A stretch of DNA of 57,480 nt from an uncultured Dehalococcoidia bacterium (GTDB lineage Bacteria > Chloroflexota > Dehalococcoidia > SZUA-161 > SpSt-899), in assembly GCA_965612975.1 (NCBI GenBank), contig CBFDTP010000001.1, positions 1-57,480 of the forward strand, read 5' to 3'. Shown piece by piece: positions 37,397 through 46,282 of this stretch. How positions within the stretch are numbered: position 1 is the stretch's first letter; each line of letters begins with the position of its first letter. The position numbers and the translations under genes are program-made. The notes under the pieces are model-generated. The model ran no database searches. It saw only the letters and a program-made list of their open reading frames with translations, and was not told the DNA's origin.

Positions 37397-37496
37397 ATTC
37401 CCCGGATATTCCACAGCGGGTGAGCAAGGTACAGGTCGTAGACGTCTTTTATATGGAGGCCGGAATTCCGGTCTATCAAGGCGCAAGGAGGTTGGG

Positions 37497-38276
37497 ATGA
37501 GAAAGTGGCTGGCAGCTGGTCTGGTGACGATCCTGGTTTTAAGTTCGGCCTTGCTGGGTTGCAAAGCTGGAGAGGCTCCACCGGGCGCTTCCCCTCCGGA
37601 GGCCGCAGGGGTTGGAAGCATGGTATTCCCTTACCAGGCCACGGGCATTCAGGTGACCGGACAGGGCGAGGTCAAGGTAAAACCCGATGTAGCCCTCATC
37701 AACCTCGGGGTTGAGGCCCGGGCAAAGACCGCCGCTGAGGCTCGCTCCCAGGCAGCCCAGGCCATGAGCCAGGTTCTGAAGGCGCTCAGGAGTAGCGGGG
37801 TGGCTGAGAAGGACATCCGAACCTACCAATTCACCATCCAGCCGGTGCGAGAATATGATCGGGAGGCCAAGCGGGAGATTTTGTTGGGCTTTCGAGTGAC
37901 CAATCTGGTAACGGCGAAGGTCAGGGAGATGGACGAGGTCGGAGGGATACTTGATGCCATGGTCGAGGCCGGCGGGGACTTCATTCGAGCTCAAGGAATA
38001 AGCTTCCAGGTGGAGAACCCCAAGCCCTTCTACGCTCAGGCAAGAAAGGAAGCCATGGCTGAGGCAATGGCTAAGGCTCAGGAATTAGCCCAACTGGCCG
38101 GGGTAAAATTGGGCAAGCCAACCTACATCAGTGAGAGCACCGGCTACTATTACCCTCGCCCAATCACCTACTTCGAAGCCGGGGGAGCACCCGTCCCGGC
38201 CCCTACCCCAACCCCGATAAGCCCAGGGGAGCAGACGATAAGCTTGACCGTTCAGGTAACCTTCGCCATCGAGTAG
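37497..38276 (+). CDS. SIMPL-domain (DUF541) lipoprotein
   Basis: Lipobox LLGC and SIMPL-type sequence (VTGQGEVKVKPDVALINLGVEA...). Confidence 0.8.
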   Translation: MRKWLAAGLVTILVLSSALLGCKAGEAPPGASPPEAAGVGSMVFPYQATGIQVTGQGEVKVKPDVALINLGVEARAKTAAEARSQAAQAMSQVLKALRSSGVAEKDIRTYQFTIQPVREYDREAKREILLGFRVTNLVTAKVREMDEVGGILDAMVEAGGDFIRAQGISFQVENPKPFYAQARKEAMAEAMAKAQELAQLAGVKLGKPTYISESTGYYYPRPITYFEAGGAPVPAPTPTPISPGEQTISLTVQVTFAIE

Positions 38277-38282
38277 CCTCGC

Positions 38283-38951
38283 TCAGGATTTCTCCTCCCG
38301 ACTCACCTCCTGGGCGAGGGCCTGCTCCAGTGCCTGGAGGCGCTCCTCAAGCTTTAGCTGTTCTCTCCGAAGCCTTTCAAGTGCCTCGGCCACCGGGTCG
38401 GGGAGCTTTCCATGCTCCAGATCTATCACCGGCTTGCGCCGATCGCCCACTATCCTCCCCGGTATGCCCACCACGGTGGCTCCCGGTGGCACTGGCTTTA
38501 TCACCACCGAATTGGCCCCGATCAAGGCTCCATCGCCCACCTCGATGGGGCCCAGCACCACCGCTGCTGCCCCGATGATCACCCGGTTGCCGATGGTGGG
38601 GTGACGTTTCTTCCTCTCCAGGGTTGTGCCGCCCAGGACGACGCCCTGGTAGAGGGTCACGTCGTCCCCGATCTCGGCCGTTTCCCCAATCACCACCCCG
38701 GCCCCGTGATCAATGAAGAACCTCCGCCCGATCACGGCGCCAGGATGGATCTCAATCCCGGTGAAGAAGCGACTGATATGGGAGACAAGTCTCCCGAGGA
38801 AGCGGAGTTTATGCTTCCAGAGCCAGTGGGCAATCCGATGCATCCAAAGGGCATGAAGTCCCGGATAGCAGAAAAGAACTTCCAGCAGGCTGCGCGCCGC
38901 TGGGTCACGGGCAAAGACCGTTTGAATATCCTCTCTCAAGGTCTTGAACAT
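38283..38951 (-). CDS. cysE: serine O-acetyltransferase
   Basis: [18 protein letters not shown]-terminus and hexapeptide repeats ([31 protein letters not shown]). Confidence 0.9.
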   Translation of the reverse strand: MFKTLREDIQTVFARDPAARSLLEVLFCYPGLHALWMHRIAHWLWKHKLRFLGRLVSHISRFFTGIEIHPGAVIGRRFFIDHGAGVVIGETAEIGDDVTLYQGVVLGGTTLERKKRHPTIGNRVIIGAAAVVLGPIEVGDGALIGANSVVIKPVPPGATVVGIPGRIVGDRRKPVIDLEHGKLPDPVAEALERLRREQLKLEERLQALEQALAQEVSREEKS

Positions 38952-38972
38952 CTCTCTCGCAGATTTACCTCA

Positions 38973-39710
38973 TTAGTGAAATGGCGTCGCCACCGGCTTT
39001 ATCCTCACCTTTCCCCAGATTCCCATTTCCCGGCCCTTGATGATGACCACTCCCCTCACCCCAGGGATGCCTCGGGCAAATTCCAGCCCTCGGGGAATAT
39101 CGCTCTCCCTCTTGACCTGGTTTCCGATCGCTGTGGCTGCCGCATCTGCCAGCGCAGCGGAATCTGAGAGAACCACCACCGCATCCGCCTGTCCAAAGCT
39201 GAGGGAAGGCCCCACCGTTCCGGAGGAGGTGCAAACCCCCAGGGGTGTCTCGTTTGGCTCTATCTCCAGGGCAACTCGACCACTCAAGGGTGAACTGCCG
39301 GCATAGACCCCGATCAGCCTCCTCTTGGACAGCTTCAGGAAGATATCTCCGCCGTTCTCCACGATGATCTCCGAGGAGAAGGGGAGCAGCTCTCGACCGA
39401 CACACTCGGCAATGGCCCCGGCCACCGCCGCCATCGGGCCGGTAGAAGCCCTCTCTCCCGCCTTGGCCATTTCCTTCACGATATAGGGTGCCTCCTCTCC
39501 CACCTCGATCGGCTCGAGAGAGTTCAGGAACTCCGGATGCTGCTTGATGTACTTTTCCAGCGAGGAGCGGTGCTTCAGGATTGCCCTCAGGGCCTTCCGG
39601 CGGAGGTTTTTCTCCGCCCTGATGAACAGGTCTGTCTCCTTCACCACCACCTCAAAACAGACCAGATCATCATCCCTCACCCAGCTGCGGTAGGTTCTCA
39701 GCTCGTACAT
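38973..39710 (-). CDS. UPF0280/COG2122 ApbE-like protein (MA1715-type sulfide-assimilation factor family)
   Basis: ETDLFI..., GPMAAVAGAIAE, ENGGDIF and TSSGTVGPSLSFGQADAVVV motifs. ATG at 39710 is preferred, since the ORF-track extension overlaps the upstream gene. Confidence 0.72.
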   Translation of the reverse strand: MYELRTYRSWVRDDDLVCFEVVVKETDLFIRAEKNLRRKALRAILKHRSSLEKYIKQHPEFLNSLEPIEVGEEAPYIVKEMAKAGERASTGPMAAVAGAIAECVGRELLPFSSEIIVENGGDIFLKLSKRRLIGVYAGSSPLSGRVALEIEPNETPLGVCTSSGTVGPSLSFGQADAVVVLSDSAALADAAATAIGNQVKRESDIPRGLEFARGIPGVRGVVIIKGREMGIWGKVRIKPVATPFH

Positions 39711-39717
39711 GGAGAAC

Positions 39718-40128
39718 TCAGAAGCGCACCTCCATGGCCCTTGGAGGGCAGGCCAGAATGCAAAGCTCGCAGGCGATGCACTTAGCGCTATCAAAGGCCA
39801 CCCGCCTTGAAGGCCCCTCCACGTGAAGAGCACCAGTGGGACAAAGCGCTACACAGGCACCACAGTGGGTGCATCGCGACTCATTTCTTACGACGTCCTG
39901 GCTTATTGGCTGAACTTCCACCCCCAGCTCAGCCAGAAAACGAGTGCCCATCTTATAGTTCTCCTCCTCGCCGGTGAGCTCCATGAGCACAAACCCCTGT
40001 TCTTTGGGGATGATCGAGGCCTTGAGGATGTTAAATTCAAGGCCGAAGTCCTTGGCCAACCGATAGACTATCGGCTGATCTACCAGCGAATGGGGAAATC
40101 TCAGCACCACCCTATGGGAGACCACCAT
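39718..40128 (-). CDS. NIL-domain plus 2x[4Fe-4S] ferredoxin protein (MA1822-type)
   Basis: NIL-like N-terminus (VVLRFPHSLVDQPIVYRLAKDFGLEFNILKA) and two CxxCxxC...CP ferredoxin motifs. Confidence 0.85.
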   Translation of the reverse strand: MVVSHRVVLRFPHSLVDQPIVYRLAKDFGLEFNILKASIIPKEQGFVLMELTGEEENYKMGTRFLAELGVEVQPISQDVVRNESRCTHCGACVALCPTGALHVEGPSRRVAFDSAKCIACELCILACPPRAMEVRF

Positions 40129-40129
40129 C

Positions 40130-40372
40130 TCACTCCTCCTCCAGCGATTTTAAGAAGACCTGTGGGATTTCGGGGAGTTCCTTATCCACCCATAACTTAA
40201 GGCAGGTGAGGGAGCAGAAGTTGTATTGCTTAACCACGTGCGGGTGCCGCCATCGTGTGAGGGTCAGCCAACCCCCCATGAAGTGACAGGGTGGCTCGCC
40301 TGCGGGCACTCGCATCCGCCTGCCGCAGGAGTGACAAACTACGAACTTCTTCTCCTTCAAACCTCTTCTCAC
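40130..40372 (-). CDS. 80-aa Cys4 mini-protein (CxxC ... FCSxxC, TRASH/FCS-zinc-ribbon-like)
   Basis: The GTG start overlaps the COG1900 stop (GTGA). The stop lies 1 nt before the NIL-ferredoxin start. Contains CHSCG...NFCSLTCLKLW. Confidence 0.55.
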   Translation of the reverse strand: MRRGLKEKKFVVCHSCGRRMRVPAGEPPCHFMGGWLTLTRWRHPHVVKQYNFCSLTCLKLWVDKELPEIPQVFLKSLEEE

Positions 40373-41583
40373 TCTATCGGTCGCTCTTTAAGGGGCTTAA
40401 ACTTTATTCCGGACTCAACCCCGGGCAGCGGGGCTACCGGCTCAGTCAACAGGAACTCGCCGCTCTGAATCCATTCCTTCAGAGTGTGGGCGATTTCTAG
40501 CGCCTTGAAGTAGCTGGATAAGGAAGCGGTGGGCACCTCCTTCCCCATGAGGTTTATCCTCCCGCTCTTAAGCTCGGCGTAACTCACCTCGGCCAGCACA
40601 TCAGACTTTCCCTCGGGATAGGCTTCACTGTAGTCCACCACCGGGGCGAAGATCTCCTCATCCTTCACCGCGGTGTAACGGAGAATCTCCTCTGAAAGAA
40701 TGGGGATGGGGATCCCAATCCCCACCGTTAGATTAACGCCGTAGCCCAGAATGCTGGTCCCCCTGAGCCATTCCGGCTTCATTTGCTTGAGATCGCCGAT
40801 AACGGCCAATGTCCCTGCCCCTCTCCGGGGCACGCCGTTGGGGCCCCGGGGAACATCGGGGTTGTGCTGGGTACCATGCCAGGCCACGTATCCAACCCCG
40901 CCCCCCAGGAATATCCTCGTCCCCACGCCAACGGTCTTGTAATAGGGATCATTGAGAAGAGGGGAGAGCTGACCCGCACTGCAGTAATTGGCATTCCCCA
41001 GTTGGGGCTTTAATACCCCCATGTAGGTGTAAATCGTGTGGTCGGAGAGGTTCACCGCCACATTATAATTTTGGTAGCAGTTTCGAACGTTAAAGAGAAT
41101 GGCCTCATTGATGTCATCCAGGTTGATCCAGGTCTCTAACTTCTTTCGAGGGTAGCAATCGGTCCCGTAGGCCACTGCCGTTAGCCTGACGTCCTTGCGG
41201 GCCACCAGCTCTTCGATCACATGCCCGCCGCCGTAGTTAAAATGACCGGGATGAACTTTGTTACGTGGATCATCCTCAGGCAGGGCAGCAGCACCGAGGT
41301 AGACATCCACCGCCGCCAGCCCGGTATAGACGGGAACGTCGTTGAGGTAGGCCTTGCCACCGCCGAGTTTTATTCGTGGCTGAGTGTGGCCAAAGTTTAG
41401 GAAGACGCCCGAGGAGCACATGGGAGCAAAGCTTCCCGTGGTGACTACGTCCACCTCTTGAGCCACCTTTTCCAGGCCTTCCTCCTCCACCAGCTGAATA
41501 ACCTCTTCCGCCGTTACCACCACTGCCTGACCGCGGCGGATCTTCTCGTTTATCTCCGCAATGGTTCGTTTAACCCGAGCCAA
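40369..41583 (-). CDS. COG1900/DUF39 homocysteine biosynthesis protein (MA1821-type, without CBS domains)
   Basis: AVVVTAEE...VDVVTTGSFAPMCSSG N-terminus characteristic of the family. Sits next to the NIL-ferredoxin gene. Confidence 0.85.
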   Translation of the reverse strand: MARVKRTIAEINEKIRRGQAVVVTAEEVIQLVEEEGLEKVAQEVDVVTTGSFAPMCSSGVFLNFGHTQPRIKLGGGKAYLNDVPVYTGLAAVDVYLGAAALPEDDPRNKVHPGHFNYGGGHVIEELVARKDVRLTAVAYGTDCYPRKKLETWINLDDINEAILFNVRNCYQNYNVAVNLSDHTIYTYMGVLKPQLGNANYCSAGQLSPLLNDPYYKTVGVGTRIFLGGGVGYVAWHGTQHNPDVPRGPNGVPRRGAGTLAVIGDLKQMKPEWLRGTSILGYGVNLTVGIGIPIPILSEEILRYTAVKDEEIFAPVVDYSEAYPEGKSDVLAEVSYAELKSGRINLMGKEVPTASLSSYFKALEIAHTLKEWIQSGEFLLTEPVAPLPGVESGIKFKPLKERPIE

Positions 41584-41663
41584 TGTGTCTCCTACGTCGT
41601 CTAGTATATTCTAAGCCTGGGGTTTTGTAAAGGCCGAAGGGAAAATGATAGAATAGAGACGCC

Positions 41664-43139
41664 GTGAGTCAGGTTCGCGTGCGGTATGCTCCCAGCCCCA
41701 CCGGCTTCCCCCACGTGGGCAATATCCGCACCGCCCTCTTCAACTGGCTCTTCGCCCGTCATCATGGGGGAAAATTCATCCTCCGCATCGAGGACACCGA
41801 TGTGGCTCGAAGGGTGGAGGGAGCGGTGGAGGTCATCCTCGAAAGCCTGCGCTGGCTGGGCCTCGACTGGGATGAGGGGCCGGAGGTGGGAGGGGAGCAT
41901 GGGCCCTATTTCCAGTCACAGCGCCTTCAAATTTACCAGCCCATCGCCCAAAGGCTGGTGGAGGAGGGTCAGGCCTACCTCTGTTACTGCTCTCCTGAGG
42001 AACTGGAGCAGATGCGGCAGGAACAAATCCGTCGCAAGCAGCCGCCCAGGTACGATCGCCGCTGCCGTAACCTGAGTGAGGAGCAGAGAAGAAGCCTCGA
42101 AGCTGAGGGGCGTACCCCGGTGGTTCGCTTTAAGACCCCCCTTGAGGGAGAGACCAAGTTCCAGGACCTCATCCGCGGAGAGATAACCTTCAAGAATGAG
42201 CTGCTGGATGACTTCGTGCTCCTCAAGTCCGATGGCTACCCGACCTATCATCTGGCCAGCGTGGTGGATGACCACCTAATGCAAATTTCCCACGTGCTCC
42301 GGGCTGACGAATGGCTCTCCAGTACCCCCCGGCACGTGTTACTTTATCAGGCCCTTGGGTGGGAGCCACCTCTCTTCGCCCATCTCCCCATGATCCTGGG
42401 CCCTGACCGCTCAAAGCTGAGCAAGCGCCACGGCGCGACCTCAATAACTGAATTCCAGGAGCAGGGCTACCTTCCGGAGGCCGTGCTGAACTTCCTGGCC
42501 CTTCTGGGCTGGTCTCTGGATGACCACACCGAGATCCTGAGCCGGGAGGAACTGGCGCGCTACTTCTCCCTGGAGCGCATCGGAAAGACCGCCGCCATAT
42601 TCGATCACCAGAAGTTGAGGTGGATGAACGGGGTCTACCTGCGCAAGTTGAGCCCGGAGGAGTTCTTGGAGCGACTCCTCCCCTTCCTGGAGAGAGACCT
42701 CCCACCAGAGGCCAAGAAATCCTTCTCCAGGGATTATGTAGCCCAAATTGCTCCCCTCATTCAGGAGCGAATAACCCTGCTGGGTGAGGCTGCGGAGTAT
42801 ACCCTTTTCTTCTTCCTTGATGAGCTCTCCTATGACCCCTCCCTCCTGCTCAACCGGGGTCTATCCATGGAGGACGCTCGCTGGGCCCTCCACATAAGCC
42901 TGGGAAGGCTCGAGGGCTTAGCAGATTTCTCGGCCGAGTCCCTTGAGGGCTTGCTGCGCCCTCTGGCCTCAGAGCTAGGGCTCAAGACCGGTCAGTTGTT
43001 CGGACTTCTCCGCGTGGCGGTGACCGGTCGCACCGCTGCCCCACCCCTCTTCCAGACCATGGCCGTGCTGGGGAGAGAGAGGTGCCTTAGGAGAATTGAG
43101 CTGGCCCTGAAAAGGCTCGAGGAAGTGCTACCGGCATGA
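41664..43139 (+). CDS. gltX: glutamate--tRNA ligase
   Basis: RYAPSPTGFPHVGNIRTA (HIGH region) and KLSKRHG (KMSKS). GTG start. Confidence 0.95.
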   Translation: MSQVRVRYAPSPTGFPHVGNIRTALFNWLFARHHGGKFILRIEDTDVARRVEGAVEVILESLRWLGLDWDEGPEVGGEHGPYFQSQRLQIYQPIAQRLVEEGQAYLCYCSPEELEQMRQEQIRRKQPPRYDRRCRNLSEEQRRSLEAEGRTPVVRFKTPLEGETKFQDLIRGEITFKNELLDDFVLLKSDGYPTYHLASVVDDHLMQISHVLRADEWLSSTPRHVLLYQALGWEPPLFAHLPMILGPDRSKLSKRHGATSITEFQEQGYLPEAVLNFLALLGWSLDDHTEILSREELARYFSLERIGKTAAIFDHQKLRWMNGVYLRKLSPEEFLERLLPFLERDLPPEAKKSFSRDYVAQIAPLIQERITLLGEAAEYTLFFFLDELSYDPSLLLNRGLSMEDARWALHISLGRLEGLADFSAESLEGLLRPLASELGLKTGQLFGLLRVAVTGRTAAPPLFQTMAVLGRERCLRRIELALKRLEEVLPA

Positions 43140-43327
43140 TTTAAAACCTCAGGGAGCAGCCATATAACTAAGCGAGCAAACGCTACTGCTAGTTTGCTAC
43201 TGCGTGAGAGGATAAATCGTTCGGTGATCTTTTCCACCGCTGATGAAAAGCTGGCAGAGGCTGCCAGGAGCGAGGCACTTGAGCAACCATGAGCCATGGT
43301 TATAGTATATTTGCTGGGTGAAGGCAG

Positions 43328-44119
43328 ATGAAGTTCGTCGAAAAACTCCTGCAGGCCTCTCGGAAGAACAACAGCCTTCTTTGTGTGGGGCTCGATCCTG
43401 ACCCGGAGCTCATGCCCAAGGTTAAGCTACTTGACTTCCTTCGGGAGATAATTCAGGCCACCTCCGATCTGGTCTGCGCCTACAAGCCCAATCTGGCCTT
43501 CTACGAAGCTCTAGGGCTGGAGGGCCTGGCCACCTTAAAGAAGATGCTCGAGTTTATCCCGACCGAGATCCCGGTGATCGGGGATGCCAAGAGGGGTGAC
43601 ATCGGCAATTCCAGTCGGAAGTATGCCCGAGCTCTCTTCGATTGGTTTGGCTTCGATGCCGTCACCGTCAATCCATACTTGGGCGAGGACTCCCTTCGTC
43701 CATTCCTCGAATACGCCGATAGGGGGGTGTTCGTCCTCTGTCTCACCTCCAACCCGGGTGCCTCCGACTTCCAGGCCTTCGGCGGGGAGCTTCGCCTCTT
43801 CGAGCTGGTGGCCCGCAAGGCGAAGGAGTGGAACGCTCGCGGAAACGTTGGGCTGGTGGTGGGGGCGACCCAGGTTGAAGGCCTGAGGCGGGTGAGGGAA
43901 CTCTGCCCGGAGATGCCCCTTCTGATCCCCGGGGTGGGGGCTCAGCGAGGCGACCTGGAGTCGGCGGTGAGATATGGTGGAGAGAAGACCGTCATCAACT
44001 CCTCCCGTGGGATTCTCTATGCCTCCCGGGGTGGGGATTTTGCCTCAGCGGCCCGTCGGGAGGCGCAGAGGTTAAGGGACGAGATAAACCGGATCCGATA
44101 TGGAGATAAAGGTCGGTGA
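43328..44119 (+). CDS. pyrF: orotidine-5'-phosphate decarboxylase (type 2)
   Basis: LCVGLDPD and IGDAKRGDIGNS motifs. Confidence 0.9.
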   Translation: MKFVEKLLQASRKNNSLLCVGLDPDPELMPKVKLLDFLREIIQATSDLVCAYKPNLAFYEALGLEGLATLKKMLEFIPTEIPVIGDAKRGDIGNSSRKYARALFDWFGFDAVTVNPYLGEDSLRPFLEYADRGVFVLCLTSNPGASDFQAFGGELRLFELVARKAKEWNARGNVGLVVGATQVEGLRRVRELCPEMPLLIPGVGAQRGDLESAVRYGGEKTVINSSRGILYASRGGDFASAARREAQRLRDEINRIRYGDKGR

Positions 44120-44321
44120 TATAGTTCGGTTGAAGAAGAAGCACCCCTGTGGCTCCTGGGAGTGGGAGGTGACGCGGGTGGGGGCAGACATTGGGATAAG
44201 GTGTCTTGGCTGTGGTCGGCGGGTGATGCTGGAGCGGGGGAAGTTCGAACGTCGGGCTAAGGCTCTCCGGCAGGATCCCAAAGCTAGCCCCCTCTCTGCG
44301 GAGGCTGAGATACATGGGTAA
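44100..44321 (+). CDS. DUF951-family small protein (last 6 codons supplied by the IS481 left end)
   Basis: GDIVRLKKKHPCGSWEWEVTRVGADIGIRCLGCGRRVM is the typical DUF951 pattern. Confidence 0.8.
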   Translation: MEIKVGDIVRLKKKHPCGSWEWEVTRVGADIGIRCLGCGRRVMLERGKFERRAKALRQDPKASPLSAEAEIHG

Positions 44322-44325
44322 CACT
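44303..44325. repeat. IS481-family left inverted repeat
   Basis: ggctgagatacatgggtaacact, compared with the reverse complement of 45383-45404, ggctgacc-acataggtaacact. Confidence 0.7.
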
Positions 44326-44372
44326 CATGGTATGATTGGTGGGGTATCAACTTACCATGAGGAGTTACCAGG

Positions 44373-45443
44373 GTGAGAAAATCAGCCAGCTTTTACTTCT
44401 TCAAAAGAAAGCCCCTTGTCCTGGGGGAGAGGCAGGAGCTCTGGAGGAAGGTGGCCGAACTCCTGGGCTTCACCGCTCGGGAGAGGCTGAGGGTGGAGTG
44501 GATGATCTTCTATTATGCCGCCGGGAAGAATGCCACCCTCACTGCCCACCACTTCGGCATCTCCCGGAAAACCTTCCACAAATGGCTTAAACGCTTTAGG
44601 GATTCAAAATACGACGTTCATAGCCTGGCTGATAGGTCCAGGGCTCCCCACCATAGGAGACAATGGGAGGTGAGCCTCATCCAGGAAGAGAGGATAAGAT
44701 ATCTGAGGGGGAGATACCCCTACTATGGCAAGAGGAAGCTGAAGGTCATCTATGAGAGGGAATATGGCGAGGAGATCTCCACCTGGAAGATCGAGAGGGT
44801 GATCCGAAGATATAAGCTCTATCCGGATGAGATCAAGGCGGAGAAGATAGCCCGGAAGAGGGCTCGGGCACGAAAGCATCCCAGGAAGAGGATCACCCAG
44901 CTAGTTAAGGAGGGAAGACCTTACTTCCTCTTTCAGCTCGATACCATAGTCATCTATTGGGGCAATCTCAAAAGATATATCCTGACCGCTGTGGACCATG
45001 CCTCCAAGCTAGGCTATGCCCGGATGTACAAAAACAAGAGCTCCCGGGTGGCAGCGGATTTCCTTTATCGCCTCTGCTATCTTATCGATCAGCCTATAGA
45101 GAACATACAGACGGATAACGGGAGTGAGTTTGCCCTGGAGTTTGAGAGGGCTGCCAGAGAGCTAGGCATTCAGAGGTACTTCTCCAGGGCAAGAACTCCG
45201 AAGGATAATCCGGAGGTGGAGAGATTCAACCAGACCTTGGAGTATGAATGGCTTTACAATTTCAACTTGTCCTTAGAGCCTGAAGAGCTCAACCCCCGGC
45301 TAACTGAATGGCTTATAGAATACAATTTCAATCGTCCCCATCAATCACTTGGCTATCTTACGCCGATAGAGTATATTGAAAAAGTGTTACCTATGTGGTC
45401 AGCCAGCACAGGTAGTAGACACTTGTCCAAAGGTTTGGTATAA
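44373..45443 (+). CDS. IS481-family transposase (HTH plus rve/DDE integrase core)
   Basis: HHFGISRKTFHKWLKRF HTH, D...D(NGSEF)...E(VERFN) catalytic pattern. GTG start. Confidence 0.9.
   Translation: MRKSASFYFFKRKPLVLGERQELWRKVAELLGFTARERLRVEWMIFYYAAGKNATLTAHHFGISRKTFHKWLKRFRDSKYDVHSLADRSRAPHHRRQWEVSLIQEERIRYLRGRYPYYGKRKLKVIYEREYGEEISTWKIERVIRRYKLYPDEIKAEKIARKRARARKHPRKRITQLVKEGRPYFLFQLDTIVIYWGNLKRYILTAVDHASKLGYARMYKNKSSRVAADFLYRLCYLIDQPIENIQTDNGSEFALEFERAARELGIQRYFSRARTPKDNPEVERFNQTLEYEWLYNFNLSLEPEELNPRLTEWLIEYNFNRPHQSLGYLTPIEYIEKVLPMWSASTGSRHLSKGLV
45383..45404. repeat. IS481-family right inverted repeat
   Basis: agtgttacctatgtggtcagcc. Lies inside the 3' end of the transposase ORF. Confidence 0.7.
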
Positions 45444-45525
45444 TGCTATAGGTAAAGATGAAGTACAATAATTGACCGCTCATTTGTTTAATAACTAGTC
45501 ACTTTAACAATGGGTTAGGTCTACA

Positions 45526-46209
45526 ATGAAAACTAATTTGAAGTCTTTAAGAGCCGGTGAAAATAGCCAAAATAGACGGAGCCGTCATTGGCTCCGTCAG
45601 CGTGAAAAAATACTTTCTGCAGCTGGCCGTTTATTCTGGCAAAAAGGTTATTTAGGGACAAGTATAACCGATATAGCTAAGGCTGCCAATGTCAACAAAG
45701 CCAGCGTTTACTATTACTTTGAAAATAAAGCCGTGCTTTTATTTGAAGTTGCATCGCGAAGCCTACAGGAACTGACTGAGTCAGTCATGTCGGTTAGAGA
45801 ATTAGAATTGTCACCCGGAGAGAAGCTTCGAATGTTAATAGTTAACCATGTTAAGTGGCAAACATCCCATCTTGGGCTTGCAGGGATAGGTCAAGTAGAG
45901 AGAAGAAACTTGCCACCGAGACTGCAGCGAGAGTATGTTCATTCACGTGACCAATATGAGGCAATGTTTCGAGAGGTAATCGAAGAAGGCTTGGTGCAGA
46001 AGGAATTTCGTCCCATCGACCCCAAGTTGGCTGCTCTTTTTACTCTGGGTTTTCTGAACTCGATAATTCAATGGTTTAAACCAAGTGGAAGACTGTCGGC
46101 CGATGAAATTGCAATAGAGGCCTGCAGGTTCGTCTTTGAAGGCTTGAGGAATCAGCAAGTACCCAAAGACAGGGGAAAGGAGAAGGTAGAGGCTGGTACA
46201 GAGGAATAA
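45526..46209 (+). CDS. TetR/AcrR-family transcriptional regulator (low-GC cargo)
   Basis: ILSAAGRLFWQKGYLGTSITDIAKAANVNKASVYYYF HTH signature. Confidence 0.9.
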   Translation: MKTNLKSLRAGENSQNRRSRHWLRQREKILSAAGRLFWQKGYLGTSITDIAKAANVNKASVYYYFENKAVLLFEVASRSLQELTESVMSVRELELSPGEKLRMLIVNHVKWQTSHLGLAGIGQVERRNLPPRLQREYVHSRDQYEAMFREVIEEGLVQKEFRPIDPKLAALFTLGFLNSIIQWFKPSGRLSADEIAIEACRFVFEGLRNQQVPKDRGKEKVEAGTEE

Positions 46210-46282
46210 AAAATCGGCTTTTTCCTAGATAAACTCAGCTGCGAGCCGTAAGGAAAAATTAAATGAGGTGTAGGGAGGGAGT

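Larger units (their letters stand above)
44303..45443 (+). mobile_element. IS481-family insertion sequence (IR-to-IR 44303-45404; the transposase ORF reads on to 45443)
   Basis: Imperfect terminal inverted repeats (19 of 23 positions) bracket a DDE transposase gene. No target duplication was recognised. Confidence 0.7.

Noticed and set aside
41584-41663. Possible SAM/SAH or other riboswitch in front of the homocysteine operon.
   Set aside because: Only 80 nt separate the divergent gltX and COG1900 starts. That is too short for known methionine-related riboswitches, and no conserved riboswitch core was recognised.
42992-43297. 101-aa minus-strand ORF overlapping the 3' end of gltX.
   Set aside because: Antisense to a well-supported gene, with a low-complexity Ser/Ala-rich translation and no RBS.
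45444-45525. Possible TetR operator palindrome in gtttaataactagtcactttaac upstream of the TetR gene.
   Set aside because: The arms do not share a common symmetry centre. Only the trivial ACTAGT hexamer is palindromic.
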